From NCBI GenBank assembly GCA_001661245.1, contig KV454016.1, positions 165,868-229,867 of the forward strand: 64,000 nt of DNA, read 5' to 3'. The notes under the pieces are model-generated. The model ran no database searches. It was not told the origin of the DNA and saw nothing but the letters and a program-made list of their open reading frames with translations. This DNA comes from Pachysolen tannophilus NRRL Y-2460. Its lineage: Eukaryota. The position numbers and the translations under genes are program-made. Positions 24,883-36,995 of the stretch are shown in pieces (the first letter of the stretch is position 1; each line of letters begins with the position of its first letter).

Positions 24883-25928
24883 ATTTTTTCCAATATGTTT
24901 GTATTTCTTCTTCTTCTTCTTTATACTGCTATTTCTTTTTCTTTTTTCTTTATATATATAAATTCTTGTTCAACTAACTAGATAATAATAGTAGTAGTAG
25001 TCGTCGTTGTCATTATCGTCATCGTTATCATTACCGCCATTGCCCATTACAATATAACGGTACGCCCAGGTCCGGGTAACCCCACCTTACCTTTCTTTTC
25101 CTCGAGAAGCCACCGGAAGTCACGTCGGAAATCCTGAAAATTCTTTCATATTTTTATATTTTTTATATTTTTTGCCGCCAGACATTTGGCGGGGGATGAA
25201 AAAAAAGATTTACATTTTACCCGCACTGCTTTGAGTCCGTCCACCCAACAACCGCAACTGCATCATCCTCACTCGCGCCTATCTTCCCATAAGTTTGAAC
25301 CCTCGGAAACTATTCACTTATTTTGGACTTTACCAGCAAAACACTGAAAACACTCAAAAGCAATCAATGTAATTAAAGTGCTAGGAATTTTTTTTCTCGA
25401 AACTTTTCCCCGAAAAGTCCGGAACTTGTAAAAACGGACCGAGGATTTGCGGCCGGAAGTGCAATTTAGGTTTCTTTGCAGCGACTTTTCTGTTCTGTCC
25501 AGCCTTTTTATGGCCTTTTTATTAGTGGATTAAAAAAAGATGATATAATTCTATACATTTTTGCAAATATATATAGTTAAATTATAATTCTCGTATTCAT
25601 CAAAGGTTGAAGAGTGGAAGCCATAGATTTGAATTATATTAATAACGAGAGGAAGTTAAGTGAAGGAAAAAAAAAAATTATATATATATATATATATATA
25701 AAAGAAAACGAAAGAGGACAGAATATTAAGAGGTTAGAAGTTGCCTAAAAGTCATCATTATCTTTTTGGTAAAGAAAGATATATAATATATATATAATAT
25801 ATAATATATGAAAGTAAGAAAATAAGTTGAAAGAGGTTTTTGCAAAAAAAAAATAGATAAGTTTTTTTTTCTTTTGGAGACGGATTTTAAAATAGTTTTA
25901 TTGATAAAATATATATTAGGTTTGAAAA

Positions 25929-27974
25929 ATGTCAAAAAATCATACAATGGATTCGAATATAACGAATCCGACAATGTCTATATTGTCTCAGAGTCAACAG
26001 TTGCAGAATCAGTTGCAATTACAACAATTGTTGAATACACAGCAAAATCAGCAACAACAAATACAGCAGCAGACGAGGTCGTTTAACTCTGCGAAATCTT
26101 TAGAATCAGCAGCTAGTTTAGTAAAAAGTTCTTCACAAGGTGCTGGTCAACAACAATTACAACAAAAAAATTCATTACATAAAGATCCAAGAGATCCATT
26201 ATCTATTCAAATTCCAACAACTGCAAATCCTACAGAAGTTTTAGCAACAAGATTTTCAACATGGAGATCCATTATTAAGGCATTGATTGTTTATTTAAAA
26301 GAAATATCAGCAGTTCACGAAGAAATTGTCAGGCAACAAATTAGATTACAGCATGCTTTAAGTTTCCCATTTAACATGCAAGGGGTGAATGGTGAATTAT
26401 TTCAACCTTTTCAACAGCAACCAACTTCAAATCAACCAGATGAAGTAAATATGGCTTCTAAATTTTTCTTACCATTAGGAAATGGATCAATTCAAGATTT
26501 ACCTTCTGTACTTTTCCAATTCCATACTACAAATGCTTCAATGGCTTCCAAAATTGCTAAAGAATTATCAGGTTCAACTATACCAAGATTAGAAGAATTA
26601 AAAAGAGATTTATTGGTAAAAATTAAAGAAATTAGAAGTTTACAATCAGATTTTAAAAATAATGTAACAAAAGAACAACAACAATCAAAACAAGAATTAA
26701 CAAATTTTCTTAATGCTATAGATATGTGTAAATCAAGTCCATCACTGTTACAACCAAGACATGATCCATATCTTTTAAAAATTTCTTTAGATAGACAAAT
26801 TAGGAAACAACTAACAGAAGAAAATTTCTTACATGAAGCATATTTAAATTTACAAGGTTCTGGTAAAGAATTAGAAAAAGTTGTTGTTATTGAAATTCAA
26901 AATGCATTAACTGTATTTGCTAAATTATTGGGTGAAGAAGCACAAACTGTTTTTGATATTTTGATCACTAAATTAGATTCTGGATTTTTAACAAAAGATC
27001 CAACTTTTGAATGGGATGATTTTATCTTAAAAGATGCAAATTTTGTTGATCCTAATTTACCAATGAGGCATAGTAGTGATATTGTATACAGTCATCAAAA
27101 TGATCCATTATCTTTTGAAATTAGATCAGGTTATTTAGAAAGAAAATCGAAATTTTTAAAATCATATTCAAGAGGTTGGTATGTTTTAACTCCAACTTTT
27201 ATACATGAATTCAAATCACCAGATAGAAAGAAAGATCCATACCCAGTGATGACATTATCAGTGGATGATTGTCAAGTTGCAGAGCATTCAAAGAAAGATA
27301 ATAGTGGTGATAGTTGGAGTAAATTTGTATTACATACAAAACAAAATGGATTAATTCATAGAGGTCATAATTGGGTCTTTAGAGCAGACTCTTATGAATC
27401 AATGATTAGTTGGTATAATGATATAAAGAAATTAACATCATTACCTACACCAGTTTCAAGAGCTCAAATAGTTGCTTCAAAGAAAAATCCTTCTGTTAAA
27501 AAATCTTCAATAACTTCAAAGATTTCAGCTCCATCCTCTATGCAAAGTAAAAAAGGTGATACTGTGCTATCTATTCCTGTATCTAATGCCCATTTACCAA
27601 ATAAAGCTTCTTCACCAATTCCTAAAAATATGGTTGGTCAGGATGCTGTTATTACTATAGATCAGGAAAGTAATAGCAGCAACAATAATAACATTAATGA
27701 AAATAATTCAACTAATATTAATGGTCAGCAGACACAGCCATCATCTAGTGGATTTCAAACTATAGAAGCCGAACCACATACACAAAAAGAAGAAGGAAAT
27801 GGACATTTTTCTAGAATTTCACAAGACTATTCAAGAAATAATAATATAAACAGCACGACGTCCAACTCCCCACCAGAGAATTCATTGAATATGGGAATGT
27901 CCGTGACAACAGTAAGTTCAGACGTTGATCGCAGTACTTTATCGGACATTGATATCCGTAAAGGAGGAAAATAG
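25929..27974 (+). CDS. SLM1: Phosphoinositide-binding BAR/PH-domain TORC2 effector (Slm1/Slm2)
   Basis: PTTANPTEVLATRF and PH domain RSGYLERKSKFLKSYSRGWYVL. Lies between MOB1 and ALG11, matching the SLM1/SLM2 neighbourhoods. Confidence 0.88.
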   Translation: MSKNHTMDSNITNPTMSILSQSQQLQNQLQLQQLLNTQQNQQQQIQQQTRSFNSAKSLESAASLVKSSSQGAGQQQLQQKNSLHKDPRDPLSIQIPTTANPTEVLATRFSTWRSIIKALIVYLKEISAVHEEIVRQQIRLQHALSFPFNMQGVNGELFQPFQQQPTSNQPDEVNMASKFFLPLGNGSIQDLPSVLFQFHTTNASMASKIAKELSGSTIPRLEELKRDLLVKIKEIRSLQSDFKNNVTKEQQQSKQELTNFLNAIDMCKSSPSLLQPRHDPYLLKISLDRQIRKQLTEENFLHEAYLNLQGSGKELEKVVVIEIQNALTVFAKLLGEEAQTVFDILITKLDSGFLTKDPTFEWDDFILKDANFVDPNLPMRHSSDIVYSHQNDPLSFEIRSGYLERKSKFLKSYSRGWYVLTPTFIHEFKSPDRKKDPYPVMTLSVDDCQVAEHSKKDNSGDSWSKFVLHTKQNGLIHRGHNWVFRADSYESMISWYNDIKKLTSLPTPVSRAQIVASKKNPSVKKSSITSKISAPSSMQSKKGDTVLSIPVSNAHLPNKASSPIPKNMVGQDAVITIDQESNSSNNNNINENNSTNINGQQTQPSSSGFQTIEAEPHTQKEEGNGHFSRISQDYSRNNNINSTTSNSPPENSLNMGMSVTTVSSDVDRSTLSDIDIRKGGK

Positions 27975-28634
27975 ATGATCGCATTTGATTAATCTGATCT
28001 GATCTGATCTGAAGCATTTCAATAAACCAATACCTCTATTTTTTTGAGATACAGAAATATTGTCGTTGCGATTTGGCTGGTGTCTATCAAATTTAAGAGT
28101 TTAGCATTTTAATGGTATTTTTTTTTTTTTTTTTTTTTAAAACCTTGGTAGAATTGTTTGAAGCTGCTTTTTTTTTGCCTTTTTTTTTTTATTTAAAACT
28201 AAATTATAGAGTACTTTCTTATTGTTTCATCTTTATTTCTTTTTCATTGTGGAGGGGTTTTTGTCGCTGATTTTGGTTAATTTTTCAATATCTGTCGCCA
28301 TTTGTATTCTTTTCTTTTCTTTTCTTTTTTTGTCTTTTTGCCTTTTGATATCGTTTTATTTTTCTGTTTCTTAATCGTATAATATTACCATCGATATCTT
28401 AGTGTTATTACTACTCTAATATTTATCGCTGTTTGTACTGAAATTCCAATTCCAATTTGTATTATCAATCGATTCTTTTCAATAGTGAAAGTGAAAAATG
28501 GTGAAAAATGGTGAAAAAAAAAAATTTTTTTTTTTTTTTTTTTTTAGATAAGAAAATAGGCCTTATCAAAAAGAAGACAACGATATTGATTTGATACTTG
28601 TTCAATTCAATCTATAGTGAATTGTGAGTTTAGT

Positions 28635-30458
28635 ATGTCATCATTTTCGTTTGATTCTGAATTATATTCAAAGCTGGATAGTGCTAGCACTAAAAAGAAT
28701 GGATGGGTTAATTATATAAAATCTCAATTTTTGAATCAGCCTGTATGGTTTACCACTGTTTTAGCAATTGCTTTAATTATTTATGTATTCTATTCAGTGA
28801 TAAAAAAAGTCTTGGGGAAATTGTTTTTAGTTCCTCCTTACAATTGGTTGGAGAAAGTGGATAAAGCTTTAAAGTCAAAGAGTTTGAAAATTGCTAATAC
28901 TAATAAGACAGGTTCATATCGTAGAAGGTTTATATTAGGTTCGACGAATCCTGCATTATATTCTACTACTAAAACCATTCAAACTTTGAGAATTGCACAG
29001 GTTGATAAGGAAAATGAAGTGGAATTCAAAGAAAATATCAAGATTAAGTATCCGGATGATGCAACAAGAAAGAGAATTTATGGGTTTTTCCATCCTTATT
29101 GTAATGCTGGTGGAGGTGGTGAAAAAGTCTTGTGGAAAGCAGTGGAGACTACTTTAAATTTCAACTCTAAAAATATTGTTTTAATTTATACTGGTGATGA
29201 GGAATCTCCTAAAGATATTTTGATAAATGTTGAGAGACGGTTTGGATATAAGTTTAATCCAAAGAGAATTGTCTTTATTTATCTTTATAAGAGATATTTG
29301 ATTGAACCCAGTACTTGGCCCTATTTCACATTGATTGGACAAGCAATTGGAACTTTATTACTCTGTTATGAGGCATTGTCAAATGTTTGCCCTGATGTTT
29401 GGGTTGATACCATGGGGTTGCCATTTTCATATCCATTGGTGGCATTAAGTGTTAAGATTCCTATAATTACATATACACATTTCCCAATTATATCCGGTGA
29501 TATGTTGGGTAAATTGAATGTTTGGAGTCCAAGAGGTTTATTTAAATATTGCTATTGGAGTTTATTCATGTATTTATATACTTTATGTGGATCTTTTGTT
29601 GATGTTACAATGGCTAACTCTACTTGGACTTATAATCATTTAAAAGAAATTTGGCGTTTTAATAGCGAAGCAAGTATGGAAAAAGTTTACCCACCTTGTT
29701 CTACTGATAACTTACTTAAAGTTAGGAAAAATGATAATGAGGAAAAAGAGAAAGTAATAGTTTCATTATCACAATTTAGACCAGAGAAAAGACATGATTT
29801 AATTTTAGAAGAATTTAGTGATTATTTACAAAAAACCGAATCAACTGAAAAATACAAGTTAATTTTAATAGGATCAATTAGATCAAAGGATGATGAAAAG
29901 ATGGTAAAGCATTTAAAAGAGATGGCAGACACTCTAAAAATCTCATCCCATGTTGAATTTGTATTGGATTGTGGATACGATTTATTGAAAGATTATTTGA
30001 CTAAATCTGAAATTGGTTTAAATGCAATGTGGAATGAACATTTTGGAATTGTTGTGGTTGAGTATATGGCAGCAGGACTAATTCCTTTAGTTCATGCAAG
30101 TGCTGGACCTTACCTTGATATTGTAGTTCCTTGGGATTTGAATCAAAATGAACAAGTTGATACGTATAATGAAGAAACTAGATCAGGTTTTTATTTTAAA
30201 TCGAAAAAAGATCCAGATTATGGTAATGACCCAATTAAAAATTCTAAATTTCCTGGTCTATCACAATGTATATTACAAATTGAAAAATTATCACAAATTG
30301 AAAAGACAAAAATTTTAACCAGAGGTAAGGAAATTGTCTTGAATAAATTTAGTGATGTTGAATTTGATAATCAATTTGAAAAAGTTTTGGAATATTCAGA
30401 GAAATCAGAGACTTTTAAAAGAGTTGATTTGAGAGATAAGGTTGAGCAGCTTTATTGA
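28635..30458 (+). CDS. ALG11: Alpha-1,2-mannosyltransferase of N-glycan precursor synthesis
   Basis: GFFHPYCNAGGGGEKVLW, QFRPEKRH, NAMWNEHFGIVVVEYMAAGL. Confidence 0.96.
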   Translation: MSSFSFDSELYSKLDSASTKKNGWVNYIKSQFLNQPVWFTTVLAIALIIYVFYSVIKKVLGKLFLVPPYNWLEKVDKALKSKSLKIANTNKTGSYRRRFILGSTNPALYSTTKTIQTLRIAQVDKENEVEFKENIKIKYPDDATRKRIYGFFHPYCNAGGGGEKVLWKAVETTLNFNSKNIVLIYTGDEESPKDILINVERRFGYKFNPKRIVFIYLYKRYLIEPSTWPYFTLIGQAIGTLLLCYEALSNVCPDVWVDTMGLPFSYPLVALSVKIPIITYTHFPIISGDMLGKLNVWSPRGLFKYCYWSLFMYLYTLCGSFVDVTMANSTWTYNHLKEIWRFNSEASMEKVYPPCSTDNLLKVRKNDNEEKEKVIVSLSQFRPEKRHDLILEEFSDYLQKTESTEKYKLILIGSIRSKDDEKMVKHLKEMADTLKISSHVEFVLDCGYDLLKDYLTKSEIGLNAMWNEHFGIVVVEYMAAGLIPLVHASAGPYLDIVVPWDLNQNEQVDTYNEETRSGFYFKSKKDPDYGNDPIKNSKFPGLSQCILQIEKLSQIEKTKILTRGKEIVLNKFSDVEFDNQFEKVLEYSEKSETFKRVDLRDKVEQLY

Positions 30459-30729
30459 AGAAATAAAATTGTTTATTTTCAAGAAATGAAAAAGAAAATG
30501 AAAAATTTATACATTTTAAAAAACTATATATATAATTTTTTATCAATTTCAATGCTCAAGATATATGAATAGTTCTTAAAAAGAAAATTTGTAAAACCAA
30601 GAAGAAAGAATGTAAAATTATCATTATTATTATTAATATTATTATTCTCTCTATTCTATTACTATAAGTATTTCTTTTTATTCTTTTTTATTTTTTTTTT
30701 TATTTTTCATCTATACGTATACTTCTTAA

Positions 30730-31836
30730 TCATTCATCTGGATTAGCAATCCTTAGTCGATTACCAGTTTCCTGAGAGGCATCGGGCAAACTTCCAATGC
30801 TTAATCTTTTAGTTCCTCTTTCCAGTGCAGCTCTTTCTTCATTAGACATAAACACATAATCATTTGCTGTGGAATCATCATCTGTTGATGAATTTGAATG
30901 GAAATTTTTCCTATTCAATGCATTTTCTGTAACAAAATCTGTTATTATTTGTTTTGTTGATTTTTCTAAATCTTCATTTTCTTTTTGTTTTTGAGATTTC
31001 TTTCTATAGTAATAGAACAAGAACAGCAGAATCAGTATTAACAGCAGACCTACAACGGATCCAACCACTATTCCTGCAATTGACCCTCCACTTAAACTTT
31101 TCTTTGAAGATGAAGTTGACTTATTTGAATCCAATGATGATGATGGAGATGTTGCCTGTGCGGTTTCTGTCACCACAGACTCAGATGCAGAATTGGATTC
31201 AGTGACAACCACTAAGGAACTTGAGCTTGAGCTTGAGCTTGATGACGTTGATATCGAAGAAGAGGATGTGGTTGTTGGGGTCAGTGAAGATGATGATGAC
31301 GACGATGATGACGATGACGATGATGAACTTGAAGAAGAGGAGGATGAGCTTGAAGATGATGTGGAAGTTGAGGATGACGATGACGATGAACTTGACGAGC
31401 TCGATGAACTTGATGAACTTGACGAACTTGATGATGAGCTACTTTCGCTGGTGCTGCTACTACTACTGCTGCTGCTATCAGATGAATCCGAGTCATCACC
31501 CGTTGTGTAAACTGAAAAATAATCTGACCCACCACATTTTTCATATGGCCAGCCGGCACAATCCGTGCTACAATTACTATCATCATCTGCCGAACCCGAA
31601 GGAGAAGTGTTACCGCAATAACAGTCTGTACCGTTAATCATTGCGGCAACAGAGTAATCGGAACATTTCTCTTCACAATATGACGGCGATTGATATGTAT
31701 ACTCGTCATTATAAGTTAACGATGATTCAATAGAGGAAGCTTCATAACATCCCAAATATGAAAAAGTTGCTCCTGATATTAATGGCGAGTGAATTAAAAG
31801 TATTCCTAATAAATTTCTTATTTTAGCACAATGCAT
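30730..31836 (-). CDS. WSC-family cell-wall stress sensor
   Basis: Signal peptide, Cys-rich WSC domain (YLGCY…CYCGN…CAGWPYEKCGG), Ser/Thr stalk, one TM, C-terminal LRIANPD. Confidence 0.9.
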   Translation of the reverse strand: MHCAKIRNLLGILLIHSPLISGATFSYLGCYEASSIESSLTYNDEYTYQSPSYCEEKCSDYSVAAMINGTDCYCGNTSPSGSADDDSNCSTDCAGWPYEKCGGSDYFSVYTTGDDSDSSDSSSSSSSSTSESSSSSSSSSSSSSSSSSSSSSSSSSTSTSSSSSSSSSSSSSSSSSSSSSSSSSLTPTTTSSSSISTSSSSSSSSSSLVVVTESNSASESVVTETAQATSPSSSLDSNKSTSSSKKSLSGGSIAGIVVGSVVGLLLILILLFLFYYYRKKSQKQKENEDLEKSTKQIITDFVTENALNRKNFHSNSSTDDDSTANDYVFMSNEERAALERGTKRLSIGSLPDASQETGNRLRIANPDE

Positions 31837-32255
31837 ATCAAATCAAGTATTCTGGGCATAAAAGAAAAAAGAAAAAAGAAAAAAAAAATTGAAATTGAAA
31901 TGAAATTGAAATGATTTCAAAATTATCAGTAAATGGATAAATAAAACACCTTTGGAAAATGCTTGAGACTTTTATTCTCTTTATTCTATCCTGTAAACAA
32001 TAAAGGATACAAATTTAAAAATAAATAAACGTAAACGAAATTGGTATAAAAATAAAAAGAAAATAAAAAAAAAAAAAAAAGGATATATAAATATATCACT
32101 TCAGAGAAAATGGAATGTTGCAAAATGCGAGCGAATGAATCAGTCAATAGGACCTAAAAAATGAAAATGAATGAACGAAAAAACTAAAGCGATTGTCTAT
32201 TAATATCTTGAGCCAATTGATACAACAACAAATTCCAATTCAATATGATAGATTA

Positions 32256-32290
<35 letters not shown>

Positions 32291-33143
32291 TTATTTATTT
32301 ATTCAATTAGAAGAAAGAAAATTAAAAAGAAGAAAAAAAAAACTCCAGCCAAAAAGCCGATTTTTTTAGCAATCAAAGCAATCAATATCTAATTAATATA
32401 ACTATTACTACCTCTAAAACTACTTTTCTTTTCAACTCTTTTATTTCACCATGATTTAAAACCTTCTTATTAAAATGGTAAACAAATATGCATGCATGTA
32501 CACGCTTATTGTACCTTGCATGCGTCTCCCTGCTTTTGGCTTTGAAAATTTTTTTGGAATTTTTTTTCTTTTTGGCCAGGATTCTGGGCTTTTTCTTAGT
32601 TCTCCCGGGGGAGCTGGTGGGCGGTAGATGGCGGGAATTGTGAGAACGGCGGGAACGGTAGGGGGGGGAATCTTGGGAAGGAAAACCGTATTTTTGATTT
32701 CTTACTTCTGGCTCTGGCTCTGGCCAGATTATCATTCTCCCTTGGAAGCCCCCCTTATTGTTGTGTTATTATTCCCTTTAGCGTATATAGAATTACCTAG
32801 TCAACCAAACCAACCCAGCCCCCTTATACGTTTGATTTAATTTGGTTTGGGTTGTTTTTTTTTTTGGTTTTCTTTTTGACGTGTCTTGACATGTATTTCT
32901 ATCGTTTCCGGCGCGAAAATCCTTCTACTTAGCATTTTTGGTTGGGCTAGCCTTTGTATTTGTACCAATGTCAGCTTGTTGCTTAATGCTTGATGTTTTT
33001 TAAGCCAGTTTCAAGATGGTCGGAACTCCAGTAACTGAGAAAATCATCTATGCCGTGCCTGGATCGATAATCAATTAATCTCTAATTGTAAATATATCCA
33101 TACCATACCAACTGCTGACACAATAGACAACAATGTGGCTCTC

Positions 33144-33201
33144 TGTCGCTTTGTGTCGCTTTACGTCGCTTTATGTCACTTTATGTCACGTTTGTCGCTT
33201 T
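33144..33201. repeat. Six degenerate 10-bp tandem units (TGTCGCTTTA-like)
   Basis: tgtcgctttg tgtcgcttta cgtcgcttta tgtcacttta tgtcacgtt tgtcgcttt, upstream of BCS1. Confidence 0.75.
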
Positions 33202-33340
33202 TTTTAGTCGTGTGATATTTGCTCAAGTTCTTTTGATGAGGACATAAACATTTCAGAGAATTTTTCAACCACGGGAAGAACAAGAGCATAATTTGGTGGT
33301 TGAAAAATTTTGATTCACCAAGAATAGGTAGATAAGTGGT

Positions 33341-34819
33341 ATGAGTGAAGGAGATCAGCAGAGGCAATTGCATGGACAAGGTATTCCTGGTTTGCAAAAT
33401 GAGTCTGCTGGGGCTGTGGGTGCCAGTTATGGTTCTAGTGGTATTAATGGTTCTAATGGTATTAATGGTTCCAGCGGTATTAATGGTCCAAGTCCTGCAT
33501 CAGTAGATATAAGTAAGATTGTTAGTGAGAGTGATGGATCTGTTTCAGGTATTTCTAAAAACTTGTTTGATCAAGCAGTTCTAGGTAATCCTTATTTTGC
33601 AGCAGGTGGTGGATTAATGTTTCTTGGTGGTGCATTGGCTTTAATGAAATCTTCAATTACAAGAGGTGCAGGTTTTGCATATAGACAAATGATTGTTGAT
33701 TTGGAAATTTCTTCAAAAGATAGATCTTATAATTGGTTCTTAGCTTGGATGTCACAATTTGAAGGTAGAATGTCAAGACATTTGGCAGTAGAAACAAATT
33801 ATGCACAACGTAAAAATGGATCTGTAGAAACTGATTTTTCATTAGTACCAGGTCCTGGAAATCATCTTTTAAAATATAAAGGTGCTTATATGTTTGTTAA
33901 AAGAGAAAGGTCTGGGAAATTATTAGATATGCATAGTGGATCTCCATTTGAAACAGTAACATTAACAACTTTATATAGAGATCGAAATTTATTTAAAGAA
34001 ATTTTAAATGAATCAAAAAGATTAGCTTTAAAAGCAAGTGAAGGTAAAACTGTTATTTATACACCATGGAATAAAGATTGGTTACCCTTTGGACAACCAA
34101 GAAGTAAAAGATTGATTGATTCCGTGGTTTTAGATAAAGGAATTAAAGAACAAATTTTAGAAGATGTTAAAAGTTTTCTTAAAAATGGTAAATGGTATCA
34201 TGAAAGAGGTATACCATATAGAAGAGGTTATTTATTATATGGTCCTCCTGGAAGTGGTAAGACAAGTTTTATACAAGCATTAGCAGGTGAATTAGATTAT
34301 GATATTTGCCTTTTAAATTTATCTGAGGCAAATTTAACCGATGATAGATTAAATTATATAATTAATCATATTCCAGCTCGTAGTATCTTATTATTGGAAG
34401 ATATCGATGCTCTGTTTAATCAAAGACTGCTGACTTCTGAGCAAGGTTATACTTCAAAAGTAACATTCAGTGGTTTATTAAATGCATTAGATGGTGTTAC
34501 ATCTGCAGAAGAAATAATGACTTTTATGACTACAAATCATCCAGAAAAATTGGATCCTGCTTTATTAAGACCTGGAAGAGTGGATTTTAAAGTGTTGATT
34601 GATAATGCAAGTGAATATCAAGTTCAACAATTATTCATGAGATTTTATCCCGGTGAAATTGAAAAATGTAATGAATTTATGAAAAAATATAGAGCATTAC
34701 ATTTAGAAACACCAATTAGTACTGCTCTGTTACAAGGCTTATTTGTATACAATAAACATAACCCTGATGGTGCAGTTAAAATGATTGAAGTTTTAACTGA
34801 TCCTAATCATAGTTTTTAA
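33341..34819 (+). CDS. BCS1: Mitochondrial AAA chaperone for Rieske protein insertion
   Basis: [33 protein letters not shown][CTG=A][24 protein letters not shown]. Confidence 0.97.
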   Translation: MSEGDQQRQLHGQGIPGLQNESAGAVGASYGSSGINGSNGINGSSGINGPSPASVDISKIVSESDGSVSGISKNLFDQAVLGNPYFAAGGGLMFLGGALALMKSSITRGAGFAYRQMIVDLEISSKDRSYNWFLAWMSQFEGRMSRHLAVETNYAQRKNGSVETDFSLVPGPGNHLLKYKGAYMFVKRERSGKLLDMHSGSPFETVTLTTLYRDRNLFKEILNESKRLALKASEGKTVIYTPWNKDWLPFGQPRSKRLIDSVVLDKGIKEQILEDVKSFLKNGKWYHERGIPYRRGYLLYGPPGSGKTSFIQALAGELDYDICLLNLSEANLTDDRLNYIINHIPARSILLLEDIDALFNQRLLTSEQGYTSKVTFSGLLNALDGVTSAEEIMTFMTTNHPEKLDPALLRPGRVDFKVLIDNASEYQVQQLFMRFYPGEIEKCNEFMKKYRALHLETPISTALLQGLFVYNKHNPDGAVKMIEVLTDPNHSF

Positions 34820-34910
34820 ATCCTGCTAAATATTGTACATTTTTTCCATTTTTTGTTTATAGATTAATTTTATTATACAATACAAAATAATAAAATAAAA
34901 ATAAAAAAAA

Positions 34911-35153
34911 TCATCCTCTAAATTCCCTAAATACCTTTAATTTCAGATCGTTTAAATGTTTCAGTAGTATCTCACTAGACCCATCTCTAATTGCCGATTC
35001 TTTAGATTTTTCTAATAATCTATGATAAAAATTCAAATAGTTGAGATAAATCAATAAATCACTAGAATCATTCTTAATATTCATCTGTGTCTTTGACCTT
35101 ATAATCTTCTTAAATTTAGTTCTTGGATATTGATTAGTCTTCCCCATGTCCAC
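34911..35153 (-). CDS. WIP1: Small histone-fold kinetochore protein, CENP-W/Wip1 family
   Basis: YPRTKFKKII…DLLIYLNY…F…L…S…A…I…H…FRG pattern typical of CENP-W. Adjacent to BCS1, as WIP1 is in S. cerevisiae. Confidence 0.7.
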   Translation of the reverse strand: MDMGKTNQYPRTKFKKIIRSKTQMNIKNDSSDLLIYLNYLNFYHRLLEKSKESAIRDGSSEILLKHLNDLKLKVFREFRG

Positions 35154-35449
35154 CCTCTATATGATTATCCCTTATTCACCTTATTCCTCTTATTTTATCA
35201 AATCACTGATGGTGATGTCGTTGTCGTTTTAATCACTTTGTTTTTGTTTTTGTTTTATTTTATTTTGTTTACAAAAAATATTAAGAAAAAAAGTATTTTA
35301 ATTTTTTTATATAATAATAATACAAAAGTTTGAAAACAAACATTACGAGAAAAGTTTTAAAACTAATTACAATTACTATAATATAAGTTCAATATAAAAT
35401 CATATAATTTTAGTAGTAGTATATATGAATATATACATTTATATATAGT

Positions 35450-36547
35450 TTAAGCTAAAATTTCTTTAAGAGCTTTAGCAACAGCGTCACCGACTTCACT
35501 TGTTGAATTTTGACCACCCAAATCTCCAGTTCTTATTCCAGCGTCCAAGACTTTCTTAACAGCTTCTTCAAGAGCATCGGCTTCTTTAACTAAATTTAAT
35601 GATAATCTTAACATCATTGCAGCAGATAAGATTGTAGCAATTGGGTTTACTTTCCCCTTTGGTAAGTCTGGAGCAGAGCCATGACAAGGTTCATATAAAC
35701 CAAAAGCTGTATTTTTATCAGGTAATGAAGCTAAAGATGCAGATGGTAATAATCCTAATGAACCTGGAATGACAGAAGCTTCATCTGAAATGATATCACC
35801 AAACATGTTAGAAGTAATAACTATTCCATTTAATTTGGTTGGAGATTTAACCAAAATCATTGCAGCTGAATCAATTAATTGATGTTGAACAGATAATTGA
35901 GGAAATTCTTTTTCAATTGTTTCTTGAACAGTTTTTCTCCATAATCTTGATGAAGCTAATACATTTGCCTTATCTAAAGACCAAATTGGTAAAGGAGGAT
36001 TATTTTGTAAAGCTAAAAATGCAGCCATTCTTGTAATTCTTTGAACTTCTGGAATTGAATAAGCTTCAGTATCAGAAGCAAAACCTGAACCATCATCTTC
36101 TTTTCTTTCACCAAAATAAATACCACCAACTAATTCTCTAACAACTGTAAAATTTGTTCCTTTAACAATTTCTGCTTTTAATGGAGATAATTCTAATAAA
36201 GATTCTGAAGCAAAATTACATGGTCTTAAATTTGCATATAAATTTAATTCTTTTCTAATTTTTAATAAACCTTGTTCTGGTCTAACATCACCTGTCCCCC
36301 ATTTTGGACCTCCAACAGCACCCAAGAGAACAGCATCTGCATTTTTTGAAGCTTCAAGAGCCTCATCGGTTAATGGAACTCCAGCAGCATCAATAGCAGC
36401 ACCACCAATCAAATGACGTTGAAAATCAAATACGATTGTAGGATTAACTTCAGTAATTGCATTCAATACTTTTAAAGCTTCATCAATTACCTCTGTACCA
36501 ACATGATCACCAGGTAATACAACAACAGATTTCTTTGATATTGACAT
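35450..36547 (-). CDS. LEU2: 3-isopropylmalate dehydrogenase
   Basis: [40 protein letters not shown]. Confidence 0.98.
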   Translation of the reverse strand: MSISKKSVVVLPGDHVGTEVIDEALKVLNAITEVNPTIVFDFQRHLIGGAAIDAAGVPLTDEALEASKNADAVLLGAVGGPKWGTGDVRPEQGLLKIRKELNLYANLRPCNFASESLLELSPLKAEIVKGTNFTVVRELVGGIYFGERKEDDGSGFASDTEAYSIPEVQRITRMAAFLALQNNPPLPIWSLDKANVLASSRLWRKTVQETIEKEFPQLSVQHQLIDSAAMILVKSPTKLNGIVITSNMFGDIISDEASVIPGSLGLLPSASLASLPDKNTAFGLYEPCHGSAPDLPKGKVNPIATILSAAMMLRLSLNLVKEADALEEAVKKVLDAGIRTGDLGGQNSTSEVGDAVAKALKEILA

Positions 36548-36769
36548 ATTTATTTATTTTTTTTTTTCTATTCCTTCTTAATTAAAAAACAATAAAAATC
36601 TTTTATTTCAAAAAAATTATTTATATAATTAATAATAATCGTTCAACAAACAAACAAACTCTATATAGTTAGTTAGATGGTTAGTTAGTTAGTTGGTTCG
36701 TTGGTCACCAACCGGCACCAACTCCGTTAAAGGCCCTTAATAAAATCATTTTTTAAATGAAAAAAACAA

Positions 36770-36896
36770 AATTACTTAAAAAGGAAATACTCTAAAATTA
36801 CCTAAAAAGGGCAATACACAGAAATTACCTTTTTTAGGAAAATACATTTTGATTACCATTTTAGGAAATAATTTAAAACTACTTAAAAAGGAAATT
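36770..36896. repeat. Five tandem degenerate TTACY-W-rich-AGG(A/G) units resembling Mcm1/CArG boxes
   Basis: ttacttaaaaaggaaatac, ttacctaaaaagggcaatac, ttaccttttttaggaaaatac, ttaccattttaggaaata, ctacttaaaaaggaaat. Confidence 0.65.
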
Positions 36897-36995
36897 TTTA
36901 TCGATATTTTTTTTCAGTTTTAAGGCAGAAAAGTAAAAAGAAAGAAAGAAAGAAAGCTAGTTTAGCTATATATGAAATGAATAATAATTGTCTAT

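Noticed and set aside
30954..31637. Acidic or repetitive ORFs overlapping the WSC gene
   Set aside because: Antisense or alternate-frame shadows of the Ser-rich stalk.
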